NCBI GenBank assembly: GCA_900617105.1
Contig: UYFQ01000342.1
Span: 1 to 48,644 of the forward strand
DNA length: 48,644 nt
Reading direction: 5' to 3'
From: Hydrurus foetidus
Taxonomy: Eukaryota
A program made the position numbers and the translations under genes. Of the stretch, positions 22,029-29,867 are shown in pieces; positions within the stretch are counted from its first letter, which is position 1, and every line of letters begins with the position of its first letter. The notes beneath the pieces are model-generated. The model was not told where the DNA came from. It saw only the letters and a list, made by a program, of their open reading frames with translations, and ran no database searches.

Positions 22029-22159
22029 TTAATTATTGAATAGGTTATTGTAGACATTATCCGGTAAAATATTGTATTTATGATGAGCAAGTAATAGAGT
22101 TACTATGTATGGTCAATGGACATAACGTGTCAAAGCACTGTTTACTGTTTCACTTGACC

Positions 22160-23609
22160 TCACAGGAATATGCACTGGCGTATGAGCTCTTCGTGTTTCT
22201 CTGTCATGAAGGAGAGACATACGGCTTTCAGATCATCAAACAGCCCGCACACCCTGCCTTCGATGGAGGTCAGTCTGCAGTTCATGGTTGAGAGGCGCCC
22301 ATCGTGATCTCCTATGCTGCGCAGTATTTGTGTGTTATCTGTGTGAGAGCGTTGGAGGGTGGCGTGCATCTCCGTGAGTAGTACTGCTTGGCCCTCCACT
22401 GTGCGGGATAGTCCTAGCATCTCCTCCTTATCGCTCCTATTCTCTATCTCCCTCGCATCACGCCTCTTCAGCATGTCAAGGACGTCACTCTCCAGGGTGT
22501 CTGTTCTCTTCACAAGAGCCTCCCATGTGTCTTTGATACACGTCATGCGCCGGTCGCTCTCTCTCATCGCAGCCGCCAGGCTCTCCAGCATGGGCACAAC
22601 CTTGAGAGTGCGCTGCACGGGAGGCGCATTGGCTACTCCGTCCATCCTCTCGGATATGCTGGCAACCGCATGGGCCATCGTCCCCTTCCCTGCCACTAAA
22701 TAGTTCTGGACTTTGTCGAAATCGAATTCCAGTTGAGACTGCAGCTCTTCTATTCGGTGTTTGTTCTCCATCAAGCAGCTAGAAATCGATTCAAGCTTCT
22801 GCACAGCACAGCGATCATCCAAATCGTCAATAGACACCTTTGTTGCTTTCTTCAAGTCTCTGATTGATGACTCTGAGTTCTGCTTGAAGTCATCGAAAGA
22901 CTTCAGCATTTCATCTCGTAGATGGTTCAGATTGTTTCTCATTTCTTCAGCGTCATCGCTCAAGCCGTTGACAGCAACGGAGCTGACCTCACTGAGCTCT
23001 AGAATGCTCTTGCTGATTCTTTCTGTCTTGTCGAGAGCAATTTGAATCCGTTTTGTATTTGTGTTTTCAATCCCATGTATGTGTTTGTTGAGGAGAACCA
23101 TCTCTCTCGCAAGGTGCTCTTGAACAGATACTCTGATGGAGGAATGATATTGAACTATTAGTTATTTGCAATACTCACGAATAGTCAAGCCATAGCACGG
23201 TGAGTACGCAGTGCATAAGGTAATACACCAACCCGATGCCTCCAGTGATTTCCTCCAATGTTTTATTCATTCTACTGTGAATATCGCTTACAGATTCAAA
23301 CAAAATTTGTAGTTCTGCATCAGCCAGCCTCTTGTGCATAGTAGCCCTCATTTTGTCGATTTCTGATTGTGTGACATCGACTTCGGATTTCTGAGTTGAT
23401 TTCATGAAGTTGATCTTCGTGTTCAGGGTTGGACTTGATTCCTGCCGAACGATATCAATGTTGTTCCGTTGCCGTGGAAAGTTCTCATGACTCTCCACCG
23501 AGATAGGCGATATTTGCGAAAGCCGATTTTCAATAATATCCAATCTTCTCATCAGTGAGTCAGCCCAAATAGGCACAAGATCATTGCGGTAATGCACGCT
23601 TGACTTCAT
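22160..23609 (-). CDS. Hypothetical coiled-coil protein; exons 23609-23233 and 23132-22160
   Basis: Two ORFs are joined in frame by a 100-nt GT-AG intron. Heptad-like L/E/S/D/K-rich sequence; no recognised domain. Confidence 0.6.
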
Positions 23610-24035
23610 TTTCAGTTTTTGACAGAAGTTGAAGCTCACAGCTGGAATAAATTTTGATCTTCTCTCGCGTGTCAGGATAAATACTCAATCAAACTCTCGA
23701 TGATATCATCGACAGAATAAGGCGAGGCGAGTCACAGGTCAAAGGATTTAAAAGAAAAGTTATGAGACATCTATCTCTTGAACCCCATGAATCATGAACT
23801 GAACAACTCTTGTACGTTGTACAGTGGGTGACCTCGTAAATTCAAAACTCCCCCAGAACCCAGATTTGGGTGACATAAATTTTGACTTTCCAAAAAGTTT
23901 ATGTCACCCAAATCTAGGATTCGAGGAGAATCTAGACAGGGGGGGGGTCTAGATTTTTTTTTGGAATCGCAGATTTTAAAAAATTTATGTAACCCAGATT
24001 TGAGTGACCCAGAAAAAAAAATCTAGACACCCCCC

Positions 24036-24335
24036 TGTTGATCCGCAGATTAAATTGCGCACCAAAGGTGAAACGAATGTACGTGTTTCACAGGTGTTGG
24101 AATTAAATTATGCGGGATGGAAGTCAATACGCATGGCTAACTGTTGCTGCAATTGACAGTGTTTGAAAATGATAGTTGCGTACGATGTGTAGTGTATGTA
24201 CGCTACGTACAATGTGTGTTACATGTGTTGTACGTGCGCCCTGGTGTGTACGCTGCGTACATGTGTTGTACGTGCGCCCTGGTATGTACGCTGCGTACGG
24301 TGCGTGTTAACTATGTTGTACGTGCGCTATCAACA
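24036..24335 (-). repeat. C2 3' LTR (300 bp) with an internal about 38-bp tandem duplication
   Basis: TGTTGAT...ATCAACA; direct repeat of 29272-29571. Confidence 0.96.
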
Positions 24336-24484
24336 CACCCTCTCAAACATGGTGCATGCTTGAACAGATATGTATTCGTATTTTCAGGACAAAAAGACAG
24401 AGTTGTGACGTGATTGGTCAGTGATGATCAATCACAACCGAATGGCCGACGGTTCGATCCCCGTAAGGGCGCTCGCCGGCGGTG

Positions 24485-26971
24485 TTATGGGTGTCGGCCT
24501 ACGAAGCACTGTGGGTAAATCACCAACTCGTCCTTCAAATCATCATAATTAGGGGGAGTTTCGGTGGTTGAAGCCTTTTTGTTTCGATGAGTGAGTGCAC
24601 GAGATGCTGAGCTTGTGGTGTTTGTGGCGTACTGGGCAGGAGGAATGTGAACGAGCAGCGGCATAAGCTTTTGATGTAAGTGAACAGGCAGAGGTTTTGT
24701 GAAAAAATCAGCAAGATTGTCGGCTCCTTTGCGCCATGTGACTGTGTATTGTCCTTGACGAATTCTATCACGAATCCAGTGGAAACGCATGTCGATGCTT
24801 TTGGTGCGTTTTGGCTTTATGGTGTCTAATGCGATTCCCTCAGCGCATTTGTTATCGCACAGAATGGTTGTTGACGGTTGAGGATATCCGAGCGATTGGA
24901 GAATATGCCGGAGCCAAATTCCCTCTTGGCCAGCGTGAAAGAGAGCTGCATATTCAGCTTCAGCGACAGAGGCCACGACAGCAGGTATGATAGAACTGAG
25001 TGCGTGTACAGAACCATTGATGTGTGTGGGTTGACCAATATTTCCCAGGTAAAAGAGAGCTCCAGCTACAGAACGAGCTCCGGGACGAGAGAGATAGGAA
25101 GCGTCCGACTGAATATGTAAGATCATATCGCATGCATAGTATCGGAGACCATTGTTGGGATAGCGTGAGCAGTAAGCTAAGAGGCGTTGCGCGGCCTGGA
25201 GAACGTCTTGTGTAGGTTGCGCTTGTAGGGACGACAGGTGTGTTACCGCCGGCAATATGGTTACATCTACACCTCTGGCGTAATAGAGAAGGGAGCCAAC
25301 AATCTCTTGTAATGTAGTAGTTTCTGCGGGTGATAGACGTGTACTGGTGTCGATGTGTGGTGTCTGTTGTCCGACGCCATACTTGGGTGGGATGTATACA
25401 GCTGGAGAATTGGCTCCAATTTTGAGTAATGGCGCGAAGCGCTGAAGCACTTTAGCAATATAACCTGGCATGCTGAGCGTAACAGTACGATGACGTTGAT
25501 CAAAGTCAATCGAGAAACCGAGATACTTGGAACCTGTCCAGTCAACGGTGATGGTGTATAAGGCTTGGAGCGTTTGAATTAAGTGGTTGACGCCGTCCAT
25601 ATTTGTGTATTTGACTCCAAAGTCATCGACGACAAGCGAAAACACCGTTCCATTAGTCACATGGCGAAAGAGACAAATAGTATCGGTTTGATGATAGCCT
25701 TCGGATGCCAGGTGAGTGATGAGTCTTTGTTGTGCGAGGAGTCCTGCCTGGGGGAGCCCATACATACCTTTGTTGACTTGGAAGAGGATAGCATTATTAT
25801 GAAAAAATTGCTGAAGGTCGTGTTGATGAATTACTGTAGACGGGAGAAATTTTGACGCGATGCGCAGGTACTCAGGGCGAGGAAGTGGCGTGTTTAGGTA
25901 ATAATCTTTGATATCAATGGTGAGCCATTTGCTTCCGTCGGATATGACTGATTGAAGAAGGATTTTTACCAGGGGCATTGCAGCGGTTCGAGCAGTTGTC
26001 GGGCCGGGATAATGGATACGATCGCCACCGATGGTGCCACGGATGCGGTATGTTCTTTCACCTGAAGCATTTTGCTTTTCTTTTGTCTGAGGGTTGTAAT
26101 AAGTTGTATCCCGTCTGCGATCAATAGGTTGCTGAGCCAGGAAAATGGGCCGAATCGTTTCAGTTGCAAGAAGTCTGTCGAGCTCTTCGGCTTCGGCTTG
26201 TTGCCACAGTAGTGCATTGGACCCCGCTTTGGCGGTTGAGTAACGTAACGGTTGGCCGTGGTCGTCAAGATTAAGCGTGGTAAGGGCAGCTGCGAACTGA
26301 GGTGGGTGGGTAGAATTTCTGTAGATCTGAGGTGGGAGCGGTACCGATGGTCGTCGTGGATGATGGCTTGTGATGCGAATGTTGGGAGAGTCATATTGGG
26401 TGGAAGTGTTCAGATGTTGGTGTGGACCGGCTGGTATCTGGACTGATGGGGACACAAGAGGTTGAGGCACTTCGTGTTCTGCAAACGGAGGGGATAAAGG
26501 AGGTAGATCGGTAGTGCTTATATTGGGGACCACCCTCTGTTCTTGGCGAGAGTCCGGCAAAGGAAGAGGGATAGCAGCGACTGAAGGTGCTATGAGTGTG
26601 GTGTAATACGTTGGAGCAGGGAGAGCTAGCGCTGGTGCGGGTGTACTTACGGTATCCGGATCGGTACCCACAGTTCCGGCCGGGTCTGTACCCAAGATCC
26701 CGGCCAAATCGGTAATGACGGATTCTATGACGGAAACTCCGGGTTGCGAATTGGTACGAAATTGTGATAGTGCTGCAGCGCGGGGCCGAGGTAGTATCCT
26801 GGGACTCCATGCGGTGCCCAGGAGGATCGAACAGTGGGTTTGTCGTGGATAAGGATACGAGTTCCGGCTGGAGCGATGGGATGTCGAGTGAAGTCTAGCG
26901 CACCGCCGTGGATTCCAGCATACGCTGATACAGCGGGGTTGGGACTGTAGGGCAGCAGATGATTCAGGCAA
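24485..26971 (-). CDS. pol: C2 pol: spacer, reverse transcriptase and RNase H (the first about 70 codons of this ORF are probably not the true frame)
   Basis: IDIKDYYLNTPL, MYGLPQAG, VVDDF, SDASYLS, SVAEAEY, KSIDMRFHWIRD, NLADFFTK. Confidence 0.93.
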   Translation of the reverse strand: MPESSAALQSQPRCISVCWNPRRCARLHSTSHRSSRNSYPYPRQTHCSILLGTAWSPRILPRPRAAALSQFRTNSQPGVSVIESVITDLAGILGTDPAGTVGTDPDTVSTPAPALALPAPTYYTTLIAPSVAAIPLPLPDSRQEQRVVPNISTTDLPPLSPPFAEHEVPQPLVSPSVQIPAGPHQHLNTSTQYDSPNIRITSHHPRRPSVPLPPQIYRNSTHPPQFAAALTTLNLDDHGQPLRYSTAKAGSNALLWQQAEAEELDRLLATETIRPIFLAQQPIDRRRDTTYYNPQTKEKQNASGERTYRIRGTIGGDRIHYPGPTTARTAAMPLVKILLQSVISDGSKWLTIDIKDYYLNTPLPRPEYLRIASKFLPSTVIHQHDLQQFFHNNAILFQVNKGMYGLPQAGLLAQQRLITHLASEGYHQTDTICLFRHVTNGTVFSLVVDDFGVKYTNMDGVNHLIQTLQALYTITVDWTGSKYLGFSIDFDQRHRTVTLSMPGYIAKVLQRFAPLLKIGANSPAVYIPPKYGVGQQTPHIDTSTRLSPAETTTLQEIVGSLLYYARGVDVTILPAVTHLSSLQAQPTQDVLQAAQRLLAYCSRYPNNGLRYYACDMILHIQSDASYLSRPGARSVAGALFYLGNIGQPTHINGSVHALSSIIPAVVASVAEAEYAALFHAGQEGIWLRHILQSLGYPQPSTTILCDNKCAEGIALDTIKPKRTKSIDMRFHWIRDRIRQGQYTVTWRKGADNLADFFTKPLPVHLHQKLMPLLVHIPPAQYATNTTSSASRALTHRNKKASTTETPPNYDDLKDELVIYPQCFVGRHP

Positions 26972-28158
26972 AGCTCGGCCTGCGGCAGCAGTTCATCCCA
27001 AAGCGTCATGGGGAACTCTGAAGCTACTGTGCCCAGAGTGGCTATGAAGTGGTTTTTGAAAGTGCGAATTGCTCGTTCGGCTTTGAGTGAGCGGTGTGTG
27101 TGCGGCGGGCAATACTGTATGCTGATGTTGTTGGCAGTTGCGAATGCTTCTAAAGGACCGGATGTCTCGTTGTCCAAGCGTTGAAAGGCGGGCCGGCGGC
27201 CACGCTGAGCGAAAAAGTTTAGCGTCTTTTTGTAGGCTGTAACGTACTCTGTATGATGCCTTGTTCTCATTGTTTCAACATGGATGTAACCGTCTAAGAC
27301 TGACACAAATATGTATTGAGCACCATTGTGTGATGTTACCGGAAACCGACCGGTGAGGTCGGAATGTAAAGTATCGGACAGAAGGACAACTCGTGTGTAA
27401 GCGGTGAGCTGTGTGGGAGCGTCAGCTGGCACGAGATCCTCATCGGTGTCGTTTGTGTCAAAGATGGTGACAGGAATCTGAGTTGAATTTTGACCTTGGC
27501 GATGTTGATCCAAATGTCCCTGAGCTGTGGCGATGCTAATTGGCGGATGAGCATTTAACATGAGTGATGTGAGTCGCGGGTACGAGTGAAGATAGCCACG
27601 ACGAACAGCTTTCGTCAAGGTAGTGAGTGAGGGGCTACCAAGTGAAGCGTGCGTGAATTTTACAAACGAGGCATCTGATGACAGTGCGTACGCAGCACGT
27701 ACTGTGGGAAGGAGTGCAGTGTTGAAGGCTAGAAAAGGTAGAGTCCATAGGTTGTCGTCGGGCGATTTGAGGCCACGTAGTACGGGGCGGTTGCTGAATG
27801 TGATTGAGGCATCGGAGGCCGAGAAAGTAGCGACACATCCCATTTTACAAAGTTGCGATATGGATAATAGGGAAGTATTGAGAACGTCATTTGGAAAGAT
27901 GTGACACGGCACAGTGTGCGGGAGGTTTGGAAAATCGAGGTTGCAAGCACCGATAGATGAGATAGTAGCGCCGTTGGGGAGGAGCACATGAAGACTTGTT
28001 TCGATGCTATTGATATATGGGGCATCTGATGCACGGAGCAACGTGTGCGTGGATCCAGTGTCGGCACAAAGGGAAGGGGGGGCGACTGAAGAGGTTGTTT
28101 GAGTTAAGTTACACCGTGCAGGAAGATAACAGAAAAGCTCTTGCGCCGCCCCTAACCG
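26725..28158 (-). CDS. pol: C2 pol: protease and integrase, in frame with gag behind a single TGA
   Basis: LCADTGSTHTLL, LHSDLTGRFP, RLDNET and AERAIRTFKNHF. The homology breaks after GPALQHY (deletion plus frameshift relative to C1). Confidence 0.9.
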   Translation of the reverse strand, partial: RLGAAQELFCYLPARCNLTQTTSSVAPPSLCADTGSTHTLLRASDAPYINSIETSLHVLLPNGATISSIGACNLDFPNLPHTVPCHIFPNDVLNTSLLSISQLCKMGCVATFSASDASITFSNRPVLRGLKSPDDNLWTLPFLAFNTALLPTVRAAYALSSDASFVKFTHASLGSPSLTTLTKAVRRGYLHSYPRLTSLMLNAHPPISIATAQGHLDQHRQGQNSTQIPVTIFDTNDTDEDLVPADAPTQLTAYTRVVLLSDTLHSDLTGRFPVTSHNGAQYIFVSVLDGYIHVETMRTRHHTEYVTAYKKTLNFFAQRGRRPAFQRLDNETSGPLEAFATANNISIQYCPPHTHRSLKAERAIRTFKNHFIATLGTVASEFPMTLWDELLPQAELCLNHLLPYSPNPAVSAYAGIHGGALDFTRHPIAPAGTRILIHDKPTVRSSWAPHGVPGYYLGPALQHYHNFVPIRNPEFPS

Positions 28159-29253
28159 TCAGAATCGAGCGGTGGACGCACCGGATATAGTATTGTGATT
28201 TGTAGTGGCGCGTTGATCAGCGGCGAAGTCATTCGTGAACATGTGTCTACAGTCGGAACCGCGATGACTGTCATACCCGTGGTGGAAACAATACAGTCTG
28301 TCTTTTTGGGGGGCAGCAGCCGGGGGACGTTTCGCAGCCGGGGTGCGGGTGCGTTGGCCGCGAGGATTAACCGGAGTGGCCGCCTTTACGGCGGCTGTGA
28401 TGAGAGCGGCGAATGCTGGTGTGTGCAGTAGTGCGGACACGTTGTCAACGTCGAGAATTGTGCTGTGATTTTGGGTGATGGTCGCTGCGTAACCCATCGC
28501 TGCAGCTGTTGGAGTGAAGTTGGGTGCTTGTTGGAGCGTGTGTGCGGTGAGCGCTCTGAAGTTTTGTCCCCCCACTAGGGGATGAGCGACTAAGTAGGAG
28601 TCGATTGCATGATTGATGTGTGCAAGCGTTTTAACTGCTTCGCGAAAGTGATGACACTTGTCAAGTTCGGACAGGGGTTGCTGAGCTTCTGAGAATTGAT
28701 CGTGAAGTAACTGGTGTGTCCCGATAAAATCCTGGAGAGATGCGTTGGGTGTCATCGGGAGTGACAGTTGAGAGCGAAGGTGGGCGAAGTCGGTGCTGTT
28801 CAACGTGCCGTGGAGTTCTGTAAGGTGTATCATTATTGTCAATGCCGGCACATTGAGAAGACCAAAAAATGGGTCGTGTAGAATGACGATATCAGCTGGT
28901 TGGACGCTGGCGATAAGTTGTGCTTTGAGAGATCTTAGGCTATCGGTCACTAGAACATTTTCTGCGAGGCGCTTCTCCCAGACTTTGATGGTGAGGGCAG
29001 TGGCGTTGGCAGCCGGCGTGACGGGAAGAATGATGGTAGGGCGAGGCACGACTTCGTTTGGTAGTTCAGGATCGGCGTTGGGAACGAGATTTCCGGGAAG
29101 TTGTTCCCATTGTGCATCATTTAAGATAAATCCAAGCAGGCCGTGCTGGTGGACTGTGGTGCACGCAGCACCATAGGAGGCGACTGCTGCCCGATAAAAT
29201 GACCGAAAATTTTGTCGAGGTTGATCCATTAAAGTCACCGGAAAAGTGGCCAT
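28159..29253 (-). CDS. gag: C2 gag
   Basis: ATG 18 nt inside the 5' LTR boundary; GQHGLLG-like HQHGLLGFIL and knuckle YCFHHGYDSHRGSDC, typical of CoDi-like gags. Confidence 0.88.
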   Translation of the reverse strand: MATFPVTLMDQPRQNFRSFYRAAVASYGAACTTVHQHGLLGFILNDAQWEQLPGNLVPNADPELPNEVVPRPTIILPVTPAANATALTIKVWEKRLAENVLVTDSLRSLKAQLIASVQPADIVILHDPFFGLLNVPALTIMIHLTELHGTLNSTDFAHLRSQLSLPMTPNASLQDFIGTHQLLHDQFSEAQQPLSELDKCHHFREAVKTLAHINHAIDSYLVAHPLVGGQNFRALTAHTLQQAPNFTPTAAAMGYAATITQNHSTILDVDNVSALLHTPAFAALITAAVKAATPVNPRGQRTRTPAAKRPPAAAPQKDRLYCFHHGYDSHRGSDCRHMFTNDFAADQRATTNHNTISGASTARF

Positions 29254-29271
29254 GATGAGGTTAATTCCAAC

Positions 29272-29571
29272 TGTTGATCCGCAGATTAAATTGCGCACCA
29301 AAGGTGAAACGAATGTACGTGTTTCACAGGTGTTGGAATTAAATTATGCGGGATGGAAGTCAATACGCATGGCTAACTGTTGCTGCAATTGACAGTGTTT
29401 GAAAATGATAGTTGCGTACGATGTGTAGTGTATGTACGCTACGTACAATGTGTGTTACATGTGTTGTACGTGCGCCCTGGTGTGTACGCTGCGTACATGT
29501 GTTGTACGTGCGCCCTGGTATGTACGCTGCGTACGGTGCGTGTTAAATATGTTGTACGTGCGCTATCAACA
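29272..29571 (-). repeat. C2 5' LTR (300 bp)
   Basis: Direct repeat of 24036-24335. Confidence 0.96.
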
Positions 29572-29867
29572 CCCCTGTCTAGATTCTCCTCGAATCCTAG
29601 ATTTGGGTGACATAAACTTTTTGGAAAGTCAAAATTTATGTCACCCAAATCTGGGTTCTGGGGGAGTTTTGAATTTACCTCGTAAATTAAAATCTCACCC
29701 AGATTCATCAGATCTGAGTTACATAAACCTTACGCAGATCATAATCCTCGAGAAATCTAGACCCCCCCCCCCTGTCTAGATTTATCTGCGTTACGCAGAC
29801 GACGACTTCGTGATATCTATCCTCGAAGACATCATTTTTGCGCTAATTCCACAGCAGAACAGCAGCT

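Larger units (their letters stand above)
24036..29571 (-). mobile_element. Near full-length Ty1/Copia element C2 (CoDi-like)
   Basis: 300-bp LTRs with one mismatch seen, inserted in a poly-C run (CCCC shared on both sides), gag-PR-IN-RT-RH order, and PPT-like GAGAGGGTG next to the 3' LTR. Confidence 0.96.
23836..29678. mobile_element. Palindromic MITE-like element (about 300 bp without C2) inserted in the left TIR, flanked by a CTC duplication
   Basis: 23836-23942 is the exact reverse complement of 29572-29678 (107 bp). CTC at 23833-23835 and 29679-29681. Removing it restores a 32-bp TIR identical to the right TIR. Confidence 0.8.

Noticed and set aside
24144..24413. ORFs within the Copia LTRs (also 29380-29779)
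   Set aside because: They arise from TACG/TGTG-rich LTR repeats lacking stops, and differ beyond the LTR boundary.
24405..24485. tRNA gene in the C2 3' UTR
   Set aside because: Only a T-loop-like motif is present; no acceptor stem or anticodon arm could be built.
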